Shown: piece by piece, positions 1 to 10,287 of the stretch
Layout of the letters: the number at the start of each line of letters is the position of its first letter
How positions within the stretch are numbered: the first letter of the stretch is position 1
Virus record (IMG/VR): IMGVR_UViG_3300028676_000003
Span: 248,001 to 312,000 of that record
Length of the DNA stretch: 64,000 bases
Reading direction: 5' to 3' (one strand)
Program-made: the position numbers and the translations under genes
Notes under the pieces: model-generated
What the model saw: only the letters and a program-made list of their open reading frames with translations
The model's database searches: none
Told to the model about the DNA's origin: nothing

Positions 1-331
1 GCTTATCAGAGCAGAAAAGAGTCCAATGTCAGCCAAAGCCGTAATGAATGAAAATCAGGAACATATCAAGGTTAAGAAACACGGACCTAAAGATGTTATG
101 AATATGAAAATGTGTTTAATGTTGAAATTGAATCAACATCAAGAGCTTATCAAAGAACTAATAGATACTGGCGATGCAATGATAGTAGAAGATGTTACCA
201 AGAGAGGTAATATCGGTGGTAATCTATTTTGGGGTGCTATGCTAGTTGATGGAGAATGGGTAGGAGAAAATAAGTTAGGTCAACTATGGATGGACCTACG
301 AGAAGTTTATAAACAAAAAAATACCTTATGA
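1..331 (+). CDS. NADAR (YbiA-like) family protein, 5'-truncated by window edge
   Basis: Frame is open from base 2. KLNQH..L...LIDTGD..IVE...FWG....GENKLG.LWM.LR is the NADAR C-terminal signature. Confidence 0.85.
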   Translation, partial: LIRAEKSPMSAKAVMNENQEHIKVKKHGPKDVMNMKMCLMLKLNQHQELIKELIDTGDAMIVEDVTKRGNIGGNLFWGAMLVDGEWVGENKLGQLWMDLREVYKQKNTL

Positions 332-684
332 TGAATAACAAGGTCAGAAAATTAGACTTAAGTGTAAAGTTTTTACAAATGGGTCAAGCGTTACAGCAAG
401 AAGGTGAAGAAATTGAGGATGATGAAATAGCAATGTTAGGTACACTGCTTATTTTTGTAGGGTCCTTAGCATTAAATGATAAAGATTTGAATCAATTTGC
501 TGATATAGTAGAAATGTTTACCGCAAAAAAGACATTTGATAACTTAGCAAGAACACAACCTCAAATTATGGCACTCATTAACGGTGTAGCCGATGGTTAT
601 TCCTATGATGATTTAATAAATCGCCTTAAAAATAATAAAAAAAGAGAAGAAAACAACGAAGACGAAGAAAATATTGACGAATAA
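328..684 (+). CDS. hypothetical protein
   Basis: ORF overlaps the previous stop; codon usage fits its neighbours. Confidence 0.6.
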   Translation: MMNNKVRKLDLSVKFLQMGQALQQEGEEIEDDEIAMLGTLLIFVGSLALNDKDLNQFADIVEMFTAKKTFDNLARTQPQIMALINGVADGYSYDDLINRLKNNKKREENNEDEENIDE

Positions 685-736
685 TTTGCGTATTCCAATA
701 TAATGTTTTACCTTTGTCAAATAAAACAAAGAAATT

Positions 737-1861
737 ATGTTAGCAATACAAGAATATATCAAAAAACACGGAATAAATAAGGCAATTTCAGACTTTAATC
801 TAAAATCTAGAGAGTATGAAAACAAAATCTTATTGAAATACGACCAATTATCATCACCAACAATGATGGCAATGGCTGAAATGCAAGATTCTCGTGGTAT
901 TATCCTTGAAAAAGGAACTTGGAAGGTCTTATCACTTGCATTTAGAAAGTTCTTCAACTCAGAAGAAGGAAATGCACATAAAATTGATTGGAATACTGCC
1001 CGTGTACTAGAGAAACTAGATGGTACCCTTATACAATTGTATTGGGATGCACATAAAGGTAAGTGGTTTGCAGGTACTACAGGTACAGCAGAAGGTGAGG
1101 GTGAAGTGAATAATAAAAATGGTACTACATTTAATGACCTTTTTTTCCAAACAGTTGCTGAAAAATACAACTTGGATTTAAACAGACTTGATAAAAAATA
1201 CTGTTTTGTGTTCGAATTAACAACACCTTATAATATAGTAGTGAAGCCACACGGTGAATCATCTGCTACGTTATTAACTATTAGAAACCTTGAGACACTT
1301 GAAGAAGTTTGTTATGAAGAATTACTAAACCACGGTTCAGTATTAGGACTTCCAGTAGTTAAATCATTTGACCTTAATGCTAAGAACGTTGGAGCTTTGC
1401 TTCGTACATTCGAAAACATGCCATGGTCAGAAGAAGGTTATGTTGTTGTTGATGGAAACAATGATAGAATCAAGTGTAAAAACCCAGCTTATGTTGCGGT
1501 TCACCACTTAAAAGGTAAGTCAGCAGAACACAATATCATCACGATTGTTAAATCAAACGAGATTGAAGAATTTGGTTCTACTTTCCCTGAAAGAAAAGAA
1601 GAATTGTACAAGCTTAAGGCTAACTACGATATCCTTTTAGAAAAATTACTTGTAACTTGGGAAGAATTGAAATTACGTAAACCTAAGAATATCATGCCAG
1701 CCGAAAAGAAAAAATATGCGGCCGCTGTATTCGAAGTTTGCGAGAAACATGACTTAAAGCCATTTACAGGTTTATTCTTTGGACTAAACGATGGAAAGGT
1801 AGAAAGTGTTGAAAGCTTCCTTATGAACTACGACGATAAACTCTTATACAAGATGTTATGA
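737..1861 (+). CDS. RNA ligase, T4 Rnl1-like
   Basis: Motifs KFFN, EKLDGTLI (motif I), FELTTPYN.IV, EGYVV and RIKCKNPAY; preceded by a TACCTTTGT promoter at 709. Confidence 0.85.
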   Translation: MLAIQEYIKKHGINKAISDFNLKSREYENKILLKYDQLSSPTMMAMAEMQDSRGIILEKGTWKVLSLAFRKFFNSEEGNAHKIDWNTARVLEKLDGTLIQLYWDAHKGKWFAGTTGTAEGEGEVNNKNGTTFNDLFFQTVAEKYNLDLNRLDKKYCFVFELTTPYNIVVKPHGESSATLLTIRNLETLEEVCYEELLNHGSVLGLPVVKSFDLNAKNVGALLRTFENMPWSEEGYVVVDGNNDRIKCKNPAYVAVHHLKGKSAEHNIITIVKSNEIEEFGSTFPERKEELYKLKANYDILLEKLLVTWEELKLRKPKNIMPAEKKKYAAAVFEVCEKHDLKPFTGLFFGLNDGKVESVESFLMNYDDKLLYKML

Positions 1862-2033
1862 TTGAGCAAAAACACTTAGAAGCTGTGATTAAATCAATTA
1901 GAGAAAAACACTCTGATTTTGTGATAGTCACAGCTACTCAACCACCAAGACCTGAATCATCAATTCCACCTAGAAGACTAGGACGAGGTGATGAACTCGA
2001 CATAGTAATTATTGACTATATATCCTTAATAAA

Positions 2034-2285
2034 ATGAGAGAAAATATAACGGCAGAATGGGCCAAAGAAACAGCAACAAATATCTTAAATCAAAAGATTA
2101 AAACTCAAATCACAAAGTGTTTAGATTCAATTGAATCAGCAGTAAAAGAGAATAGGTTTAATTGTACTTATTACGGTGATTTAGACCAATTTGCAATCGC
2201 TGAAATTAAAAAACGTGGATTCGGTATTGACCAAGATGGAAATTGGAATCAACAAGACGGAACCTCATATACAATAACTTGGTAA
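2034..2285 (+). CDS. hypothetical protein
   Basis: ORF within an operon. Confidence 0.6.
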   Translation: MRENITAEWAKETATNILNQKIKTQITKCLDSIESAVKENRFNCTYYGDLDQFAIAEIKKRGFGIDQDGNWNQQDGTSYTITW

Positions 2286-2297
2286 AACAAAGAAATC

Positions 2298-2798
2298 ATG
2301 ACATATACAGAAAAAACATACCGTGAAGCAAGAATGGTAGGAGTAAAAGCCCATTCAAATCAATCATATGATGAAATATTTCCATATGAAAAACACTTAG
2401 ATGATGTTGTTGATGTTCTTAAAAGATTTGGTTTCTCAGGAAAATTTATCGTTGCAGGATATCTTCATGATTCAATTGAAGATGATGGTATCAGTTATAA
2501 CGATATCAACAAACACTTTGGTAGAGAAATTGCTGAAATGGTTTATTGTGTAAGTGATGAGTCAGGTCGTAATCGTGCTGAGAAAAAAGCTAAAACTCTT
2601 CCTAAAACTGCAAGCAACCCTGATGCTATTATCTTGAAGTTAGCTGATAGAATTGCCAATGTTGAACATGCTGGTAAAATTGGTATGTATTCTAAAGAAT
2701 ATGGAGAATTTAAAGAAGCTTTATTTGGTAGTTCAAAAGATGAAGCAAAAGCAATGTGGGAACATTTAGATAATTTATTACTAAAAGAGTTGGTTTAA
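2298..2798 (+). CDS. HD-domain small alarmone ((p)ppGpp) hydrolase, MESH1/SAH-like
   Basis: AH..Q....PY..H...V, LHD.IED, FG.EIA..V..VSD and ILKLADRIAN are typical of SpoT-type HD domains. Confidence 0.85.
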   Translation: MTYTEKTYREARMVGVKAHSNQSYDEIFPYEKHLDDVVDVLKRFGFSGKFIVAGYLHDSIEDDGISYNDINKHFGREIAEMVYCVSDESGRNRAEKKAKTLPKTASNPDAIILKLADRIANVEHAGKIGMYSKEYGEFKEALFGSSKDEAKAMWEHLDNLLLKELV

Positions 2799-3004
2799 TC
2801 AAATATTAGTTGTACATTTGTACTCTAATTTAAAAACAAGTATTATGGCAGGTGAAATAATCGGAGAAATATTAGTTGGTGCAATTGAACTAGCGGCAGA
2901 AATCGCAATAGATGAAAAGAAGCCAGGATGTGGATGCGCAATTATCATTGCCTTGCTATTAATACTAGGTTTTGGAATTTATTACTTTAACTAAAAACAA
3001 AAAT

Positions 3005-4429
3005 ATGAAAATTAAACAAATTCTTGATGAAATCGCTGGTTTCAGTGGTAAATTGGATAAAGCGAAAGCCTTAACCAAATATAAAGACAATCAATTATTA
3101 AAAGATGTGATTTATCTTGCGCATTCGCCTAGGATTAAATTCTTTATTAAACAAATACCTGAGTATCAGTTCATCGAAGCAACAACTTCACTTGAAGACG
3201 CTTTAAATGACTTAAAACAAATCTCCGACAGATTTTACACAGGTGCGGCCGCTACAGAATTCCTTTTAGGTTTACTATCTTATACGGACCCTGATGATGC
3301 TTACGTAATTGAACGTATCATTGATAAAAATCTTAAGATAGGAATGGACACAGGTATCAATAAGGTAATCCCTAAATTGATTGAAGAAACTCCTTATCAA
3401 GGTGCTACATCATTCTCAGAGAAGGGTGCATCTAAGTTATTAGATAGAAAATCTAGAACTGATAAAAATGGAGTTACAAGTCATGTGATTTCACAGATTA
3501 AAGCTGATGGTTCTTACCGTAATGCAATCATAATTGATGGAAAGGTAGAACTCTTATCAAGACAAGGAGAAGTTTCAACTCTTACAGGTGCCAAGTTCTT
3601 AGATGAACTAGCTCAAATGCCTGACTGTGTTCTAAATGGTGAACTTACTGTTGATGGAATAGAAAACCGTGCAATTGCAAACGGAGTTGTTTCTAGCATC
3701 ATGGATATCACTCAGAAAGCAGAAGAAAGAGGTGAAGTAGAAACAGCTAAGAAAATCAAAGCCTTTACTGAAAAACACGGTGATATGGCAGAAATGATTA
3801 ATAGGTTACGCTTCACGGTTTGGGATATGATTAGTGTAGATGAATACTTAAAAGCAAGTTCAGATTTTCCATATTTGAACCGTTTTACTGGTCTTCAAAC
3901 ACTTTTGATTGAAAAAGCTTTCACAAATATTGAATTGATTGAAACTCTTTTTATTGACTCTTATGAAGAAGCAATGAATCATTTCTTAGACGCTCAAAAA
4001 AGAGGTCTTGAAGGAACAATCATCAAATCAAGTACTGCTGGTTGGAAAGATGGGAAACCAACTTACCAAATCAAAATGAAACTTGAAATGGATATGGACT
4101 TAAGAATCATCGGATTCAACTATGGTACCAAAGGTACTAAGAATGAGCATGTTATTAGTGTTCTACAGTTGGAAAGTGAAGATGGGTTATTGAAGACTAA
4201 TCCTGGTGGAATGACTGAGGCTATGATGGCTGATATCACTGAAAGACAAGATGAACTAATGGGAACAATCGTTCAAATTAGATGTTGCGGGTTATCTCAA
4301 ACAGATAAAGGTTGGTCAACACAACACCCAAGTATTGTTGAACTAAGAACAGATAAAGACTCTTGTGACACACTTGAATCTTGTATCGCTATTGAGAATA
4401 TGGCAAAAACACTAAACGTAAAAAAATAA
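3005..4429 (+). CDS. ATP-dependent DNA ligase (T4 gp30-like)
   Basis: QIKADG (motif I), LNGEL, FTVWD, EGTIIK and IKMK, with a C-terminal OB fold ending HP....R.DK. ATG at 3005 chosen over the upstream TTG. Confidence 0.9.
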   Translation: MKIKQILDEIAGFSGKLDKAKALTKYKDNQLLKDVIYLAHSPRIKFFIKQIPEYQFIEATTSLEDALNDLKQISDRFYTGAAATEFLLGLLSYTDPDDAYVIERIIDKNLKIGMDTGINKVIPKLIEETPYQGATSFSEKGASKLLDRKSRTDKNGVTSHVISQIKADGSYRNAIIIDGKVELLSRQGEVSTLTGAKFLDELAQMPDCVLNGELTVDGIENRAIANGVVSSIMDITQKAEERGEVETAKKIKAFTEKHGDMAEMINRLRFTVWDMISVDEYLKASSDFPYLNRFTGLQTLLIEKAFTNIELIETLFIDSYEEAMNHFLDAQKRGLEGTIIKSSTAGWKDGKPTYQIKMKLEMDMDLRIIGFNYGTKGTKNEHVISVLQLESEDGLLKTNPGGMTEAMMADITERQDELMGTIVQIRCCGLSQTDKGWSTQHPSIVELRTDKDSCDTLESCIAIENMAKTLNVKK

Positions 4430-4611
4430 TGGAAACAATCGGTATCATCATAGGAGTAATAGTAGCTGTTATTCTTGTAGCAGGGTTAATTACCTATGCA
4501 GTAGTAGCTTATAGTATTTGGAAAGTTAAAAAAAGAGCTGAGAAGTTCATATCTGAAAAAGGTGTAGAGACTGCTGTTAAAATAACTCAAAAGTTATTAG
4601 ATAAAAAATAG
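4429..4611 (+). CDS. small membrane protein
   Basis: N-terminal hydrophobic helix and basic tail. Confidence 0.55.
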   Translation: METIGIIIGVIVAVILVAGLITYAVVAYSIWKVKKRAEKFISEKGVETAVKITQKLLDKK

Positions 4612-4661
4612 GATATTAGTTTTAATAATGATACCTTTGTATTCAAATATTAAAACAATAT

Positions 4662-4922
4662 ATGAAGAAATACTTTATCATTGCCTTATCAGCTTTTTGT
4701 TTGGAATTGGTTACTACAATGTACATCAATGGTGTTGCTGACAAAAACACTCTCCAAACACTCTTTTTCGCCTTTGTTAGTCCTTTTATGTCACTACCAT
4801 TTGTAATGTATGTAATTGAAGCTAAAGGCTTAAACGATAGAATAAAAATGGCATTCTGTTCGGGTACTGGTTACGCAATCGGAGTGTTAGTATGTATGAA
4901 TTTTTTAATGAAACACATTTAA
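4662..4922 (+). CDS. small multi-pass membrane protein
   Basis: Three hydrophobic segments; promoter at 4632. Confidence 0.6.
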   Translation: MKKYFIIALSAFCLELVTTMYINGVADKNTLQTLFFAFVSPFMSLPFVMYVIEAKGLNDRIKMAFCSGTGYAIGVLVCMNFLMKHI

Positions 4923-4924
4923 TT

Positions 4925-5173
4925 ATGAAAAAACTATTATTAATATTACTAGCTGTATTAGCTATATCTTGTAACCCTGATATTGAACAGGTAAAAAAGG
5001 TTAAGGTGGGAATATCTACCAATGAATTAAAGTATCTATTGGGTGAACCATTTGATATTGAGGTCCATAATGGATATGAAGAATGGTATTTTATGTACAG
5101 TGTAAATGGTCATAATGATGGTTTTAAGGTTACAGTAGAAAATTCAAAAGTCGCAGATTTTTATAGTTATTAA
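4925..5173 (+). CDS. lipoprotein, SmpA/BamE-like domain
   Basis: MKK + hydrophobic stretch + LAISC lipobox; VKVG.S..E...LLGEP.......EEW.Y pattern. Confidence 0.55.
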   Translation: MKKLLLILLAVLAISCNPDIEQVKKVKVGISTNELKYLLGEPFDIEVHNGYEEWYFMYSVNGHNDGFKVTVENSKVADFYSY

Positions 5174-5192
5174 TCAAAATTCAAAAACAAAT

Positions 5193-5747
5193 ATGAAAAA
5201 ATTAATTTTATTCGCTATCCTATTGGTTAGTTCGTTAACATTCGCTCAAAAGAAACATGCACCACACGGTGTTGCCGTAAAAACAAACACAGCTGAAGCA
5301 ACCGACTCAACTTCAACTGAAAAACCTAAATGGAAAAACTATATTGCCGTTGGAATATCAGTTTCAAGTGGAAACACTTATGATACTAATGAAAATAAGT
5401 ATACATTTAGTGAATCAGCTTATCCAAGTGTTGAATTTGGATTCTCAAAAGGAAATCTTGCCGCTGGTTTAGCAGTAGGACGTGGTTCTTTTAAAGGATT
5501 AGGTGCAAAAGAAGACCAATTAGGTAATTATTACGCTGAAATTAGAATTACACCATCATTTCCGTTAGGAATCATAGATGCGAATGTAGTTTTTGGTGCG
5601 GGTTCATACCTAGTATCATCAAAAGGAACCTTTATTGAGTATGGTTCAGGTATTTCTTATACCGTTGGTAACTATACATATGGTATCGGTTACTCAAATT
5701 GGGATGGGGTAGATTATATCTCTCCAAGCCTTAGTTACAGTTTCTAA
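5193..5747 (+). CDS. secreted/outer-membrane beta-barrel-like protein
   Basis: Bacteroidota-type signal peptide (FAQ), alternating beta strands and a C-terminal Phe (SYSF). Confidence 0.55.
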   Translation: MKKLILFAILLVSSLTFAQKKHAPHGVAVKTNTAEATDSTSTEKPKWKNYIAVGISVSSGNTYDTNENKYTFSESAYPSVEFGFSKGNLAAGLAVGRGSFKGLGAKEDQLGNYYAEIRITPSFPLGIIDANVVFGAGSYLVSSKGTFIEYGSGISYTVGNYTYGIGYSNWDGVDYISPSLSYSF

Positions 5748-5825
5748 GAAACAAAAATATAATAATAACTTTGGTTGGTAGAAATACCATCTGAATGGAG
5801 CAAAGCAAAAAAATTATAAGATTAA

Positions 5826-6872
5826 ATGAAGAAAATGATTAAATTTCCGTCTATCGAGCAGTTTCGTACAATTAACGCAACTATCCTTAGACAATTCAAT
5901 TTCGTCGGTTTAGACGAAACGGGAGAAGCTATCTACGATACAAACCTCCCAAAACCAAAGCTTTGGTTCAAAGGTAGTGTAAAATTACATGGTACAAATG
6001 CCGCTGTTTGTTACAATACCGCAGGTGGTTTATGGGCACAATCACGTGAAAGCATAATCACAGTTGAAAATGATAATGCAGGGTTCGCATTCTTTGTGGA
6101 AAGTAACAAAGACGCATTCAACCAATTATTCCGTAAAATTCAAGACGAAACAAGTGTTAGTTTTGAACATAATACGGTAAGTATCTATGGTGAGTGGTGC
6201 GGTGGAAACATCCAAAAAGGTGTTGCGATTACAAACTTGCCTAAGTCATTTTTCATCTTTGGTGTGAAAATCTCACCAATTCGTACAAAAGAGCAAGAAG
6301 AAGATAACAAAGAAGTATCATTTTGGGTAGAGTCAAACTATTTAGAGGTTCCTGAAAATAGAATCTACAATGTTGACAGTTTCCAAACATATGCTATTGA
6401 AATCGACTTCAATAACCCTCAATTAGTACAAGACAAATTAACTGAATTAACACTTGCTGTAGAAGCAGAGTGTCCGATTGGAAAAGCTTTCGGATTCTCA
6501 GGTGTTGGTGAAGGTATTGTTTGGAAAACGGAATTGGATGGAGAGGTCCATAGATTCAAAGTTAAGGGTGATAAACACTCTAGTTCTAAGAGCGAGAAGA
6601 TTGTTAGTATTGACGTTGAAAAATTGGAATCAATCCAAAAATTCATCGAATATGCTGTAACAGAAAGTCGCTTCAAACAAGGTCTTGAAAATGTATTCCC
6701 AAATGAAGAACCTATCGAAATCAAAAAGATGGGTGAACTTATCAAATGGGTAGTTAATGACGTTATCAAAGAAGAGACCGACACAATGGTAGCTAACAAT
6801 ATCGAACCAAAAGAGGTTAATAAATACATCTCTACAAGGGTACGTGAAATGTTCATGGCACTAAGTGTTTAA
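5826..6872 (+). CDS. RNA ligase, Rnl2 family
   Basis: Motifs KFPSIEQF, VKLHGTNA, IYGEWCG, GEGIVW and FKVKG. Confidence 0.85.
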   Translation: MKKMIKFPSIEQFRTINATILRQFNFVGLDETGEAIYDTNLPKPKLWFKGSVKLHGTNAAVCYNTAGGLWAQSRESIITVENDNAGFAFFVESNKDAFNQLFRKIQDETSVSFEHNTVSIYGEWCGGNIQKGVAITNLPKSFFIFGVKISPIRTKEQEEDNKEVSFWVESNYLEVPENRIYNVDSFQTYAIEIDFNNPQLVQDKLTELTLAVEAECPIGKAFGFSGVGEGIVWKTELDGEVHRFKVKGDKHSSSKSEKIVSIDVEKLESIQKFIEYAVTESRFKQGLENVFPNEEPIEIKKMGELIKWVVNDVIKEETDTMVANNIEPKEVNKYISTRVREMFMALSV

Positions 6873-6939
6873 TCCAAAGATAGAGGGGTAAAACCCTTTA
6901 TTTTTGCTAAAAAAGTAGTATCTTTAATAAAAGAAAATT

Positions 6940-8292
6940 ATGAATTCAAAATTATTTATTGCCGACAAAATTAAGGTCGGATTTAACCCAAGACCTGATA
7001 CTTATACTGGTTTACTAGGGTATGTTATAGGGTTTGATGGTAAGAAATGGCGTAAAGAACCTTCGTGGGAAGGTTGGCGATATAAATATGTAACTGACGA
7101 AGATTATGAATCTCAGAAGTTGGATGAATATAATAGAGCTACAGCCAATGCTACTCAAAGCTATAACCACATTTTAGCGCAAAAGGCGATTGACTATAAG
7201 GGTTGTTCACAATGGAGCATTGACCAATACAAGAAAGATGCCGCATTAACTCTAGAACAATACATTCTTCAACGTATTGGTACTTATGATGAGTATGAAA
7301 AGAGCTTTAAGAATATTTCATCAAATAGAAAAAATTCTATGGATGAAAACATCAAACCAAAAGAATTTGAAAACGTTCCAACAGAAGGTTTCGTTCTTAA
7401 CAAAAAGGTTGGTGGTTATTCTAATGGTTGGGACCACAGGTCAACTTATTGTAGAGTTTATGACCCTCGTGGGTTCGAATTCGAGATAAATGTACCAAAT
7501 CTTCTTTATATCCTTGAGCAATGTAACTCTATGAAAGGTAAAGGACTTGAAGGTGAATTTGTTTACGCTTGGGATGGGAAAGACTTGGTATTATTACCAA
7601 CTTCTAGTCAAGAGTACGTTTCATCAGCTAAGTTTACCAAGTTACAATCAGGTAAGGTATCTTCAAAAGAATTGGTTGCTGGTAATACTTACAAGACAAA
7701 ATCAATGGATGATTATATCTATTTAGGTAGATTTAACCACTTCAACAACAAAAGACACTATTGGAGAGACAAGTCTAAGGATTGTAAAAAATCTCACGTA
7801 TTTGTAAGCGTTGATAACCCTAAGAATTTCTATGCGGTTACTTCTTTGACTAATTTTGTTCAAATTGTAAGTGATGTTCCAATTTCAAATTATGCTGAGT
7901 TATATGATAACTTCATTGCATCTGATGAATACTACGATATTGAAACTCGTTTTGAAACAGAAATGGAAATTGAAACAAACCCTGATAAAGCAGGTCATTT
8001 CGGTGATTTCTATGTTAAGATTAGCGATAATCAATACAAGATGTACGAAGGTGGAGCGAATGTTGATTGGGTAGGTGGTTCAACTTACTATACAAGAGAC
8101 AGAAAACGAACAATTACTGGGTATTACACTCAATATAAGGGTATATTAACCTTTAAAGGTAATGGTGAATTTACTATTAAAAAAGTAAGTGAAGACATGA
8201 AAAATAAATTGACTCTTGGTGATGTAAAAGCACTAAATCCACTTTATTTAGAGGTTAAAACAAATAACGGAAATCAAAAAATAAATTTTTAA
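6940..8292 (+). CDS. hypothetical phage protein
   Basis: 450-aa ORF with no motif I recognise. Confidence 0.7.
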   Translation: MNSKLFIADKIKVGFNPRPDTYTGLLGYVIGFDGKKWRKEPSWEGWRYKYVTDEDYESQKLDEYNRATANATQSYNHILAQKAIDYKGCSQWSIDQYKKDAALTLEQYILQRIGTYDEYEKSFKNISSNRKNSMDENIKPKEFENVPTEGFVLNKKVGGYSNGWDHRSTYCRVYDPRGFEFEINVPNLLYILEQCNSMKGKGLEGEFVYAWDGKDLVLLPTSSQEYVSSAKFTKLQSGKVSSKELVAGNTYKTKSMDDYIYLGRFNHFNNKRHYWRDKSKDCKKSHVFVSVDNPKNFYAVTSLTNFVQIVSDVPISNYAELYDNFIASDEYYDIETRFETEMEIETNPDKAGHFGDFYVKISDNQYKMYEGGANVDWVGGSTYYTRDRKRTITGYYTQYKGILTFKGNGEFTIKKVSEDMKNKLTLGDVKALNPLYLEVKTNNGNQKINF

Positions 8293-8293
8293 G

Positions 8294-8734
8294 ATGGCTA
8301 TAGAAAAAGATAAAATTATCCAAGGATTATACAATTTAATCGAAGATAAAAAGAAAGAAATCGCAAAAGCTGAAAAGCCAAGTTGGGAAACCAATTGCGT
8401 TTTCAAATATAATAAAGAATCTCAAACAGGTACAAATCTACAAGTTTGTTCAAGTGTTGAGGAATTGGTTCACATGTTAGGTTTCTTAATCGAGAAACAG
8501 ACGGCATTTGATGCGGCTCAAAAGATTCTTGGAACTAGCGTTAAGTTTAAATGGTTAGGATTTTCATTCAAAGATTGGCAATCAGACATTCAAACTAGAG
8601 TTGCTAAGCTTGAAATTACAGCTAAGAAAAGAGAAATAGAAGTTCTTGAAGGAAAACTTAATGGTCTTGATTTAAGTAAAGAAGTAAGAGAATTAATGGA
8701 ATTAGAGAATATCAAAAAACTTCTTGGACAATAA
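8294..8734 (+). CDS. hypothetical protein (coiled-coil)
   Basis: Translationally coupled to the previous ORF. Confidence 0.65.
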   Translation: MAIEKDKIIQGLYNLIEDKKKEIAKAEKPSWETNCVFKYNKESQTGTNLQVCSSVEELVHMLGFLIEKQTAFDAAQKILGTSVKFKWLGFSFKDWQSDIQTRVAKLEITAKKREIEVLEGKLNGLDLSKEVRELMELENIKKLLGQ

Positions 8735-8943
8735 TGGCTAGTATTAAAAACGAAGTCTACAGACTAAAGAAACATGCTGTAATAGCAAAAGATGTTGAAA
8801 TGCCAGCAGGTCAAGTAGTTGAAATAGTAATGGATGTTGTTTACGTTAACGGGTATATGGTTGCGCCACCTGCGCAACCATTATTCTATAAATGGATAGT
8901 CGATAATCCAAGTCTATTCGACATTATTACAAAAAAGTATTAA
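8734..8943 (+). CDS. hypothetical protein
   Basis: TAATG overlap with the previous stop. Confidence 0.6.
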   Translation: MASIKNEVYRLKKHAVIAKDVEMPAGQVVEIVMDVVYVNGYMVAPPAQPLFYKWIVDNPSLFDIITKKY

Positions 8944-8997
8944 AAAAATTTGTGTAGGTAAAAAGATTATATTACCTTTGTAAAAAATAACGATAAT

Positions 8998-10284
8998 ATG
9001 ATAACAAACGAGAATGGTTTAAGATATGCTAAATTGATGCACGTTTCAGTTGATAACGGTCATACAGATAATAGCAATAAAGTTTATATCATGGAAGAAC
9101 TTTCCAATGGTACAATCAAATGTGAATACGGTAGAGTCGGTAATTCGATGGCCGTAGATATCAAACCCGCAAGCAAATGGGATGCAACCTATAAGCAGAA
9201 AACAAGCAAAACGAAGGGTTACACTGATGTAACTGAGTTTATGGCTGAACCTGTTGTAGATGCCGCTAAACCTTCAGGTAACAACCTGATTGATGATATT
9301 CCTGATGCTCTTGTTAAAGAACTTATTAAACGTTTAAGCGACTTCGCAAACAAATCGATTCAACAAAACTATAAGGTAACTCAAGATGCAGTATCTGAGG
9401 CCCAAGTAGTTGCGGCTCAAGCTTTATTAACTAGAATTACAACAACAGTTGCAGTTGGAGTTAGTAAAAATGACTTGAATGAAATGCTTATGCAATTATA
9501 TACGATAATCCCTCGTAACATGAGAAATGTTAAGGATTATTTGTTAGATGAAATCAAAACTGCCGATGATGTAAATCAAGCATTAGAGTTCTTGAATAAA
9601 GAACAAGCTACTCTTGATACAATGGCTGGTCAAGTTGATTTAATAAAGAAACAGAAGCCTGTAGTTGATACTGAAACCAAAGAAGTGAAACCATCAACAT
9701 ATACTATTCTTGACCAAATGGGTATTACAGCTGAGGTTGTAAATGATGCTCCAACTATCAAGATGGTAAGAGATATGCTTGAAGGACATGGTAGAAAACT
9801 TCACAGAGTCTACGCAATTACCAATAAGAAATCACAACCGCTTTACGATACCAAATTGGATTCAAGCAAAAACAAATTGGTTGAACACTTGTTCCACGGT
9901 TCAAGAAATGCCAATTGGTTTAACATTCTTCAAACTGGTCTTATGATTAGACCTTCGGGAGCTGGTTATAATGGTTCTATGTTTGATGATGGTATCTACT
10001 TCGCTAACGATGCAGATAAATCAATGGGTTACACCGATGGTGGTCGTTGGGCAGGTGGTGGAAACGCAAGTTACACTTACTTAGGTGTATTTAGCGTTCA
10101 CTTAGGAAACCAATTACACGTTCATAGACATGATTCTTCATGTTACAAAATTGGAACCAAGTGTAGAAACGAGGGTTATGATTCGGTTTATGCTCACAAA
10201 GGAGCTTCACTTAGAAAAGATGAGTTAATTATTTATAATTCTGCTCAGTGTACTGTTAAATATTTAGTAGAACTTAAAAATTAA
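8998..10284 (+). CDS. PARP-family ADP-ribosyltransferase (WGR + regulatory + catalytic domains)
   Basis: N-terminal NKVY...EYGRVG...KGY (WGR), LYTIIP (regulatory), then LFHGSR..N...IL..GL, GSMFDDGIYFA....KS.GY and DELIIY (H-Y-E triad). Confidence 0.9.
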   Translation: MITNENGLRYAKLMHVSVDNGHTDNSNKVYIMEELSNGTIKCEYGRVGNSMAVDIKPASKWDATYKQKTSKTKGYTDVTEFMAEPVVDAAKPSGNNLIDDIPDALVKELIKRLSDFANKSIQQNYKVTQDAVSEAQVVAAQALLTRITTTVAVGVSKNDLNEMLMQLYTIIPRNMRNVKDYLLDEIKTADDVNQALEFLNKEQATLDTMAGQVDLIKKQKPVVDTETKEVKPSTYTILDQMGITAEVVNDAPTIKMVRDMLEGHGRKLHRVYAITNKKSQPLYDTKLDSSKNKLVEHLFHGSRNANWFNILQTGLMIRPSGAGYNGSMFDDGIYFANDADKSMGYTDGGRWAGGGNASYTYLGVFSVHLGNQLHVHRHDSSCYKIGTKCRNEGYDSVYAHKGASLRKDELIIYNSAQCTVKYLVELKN

Positions 10285-10287
10285 GAA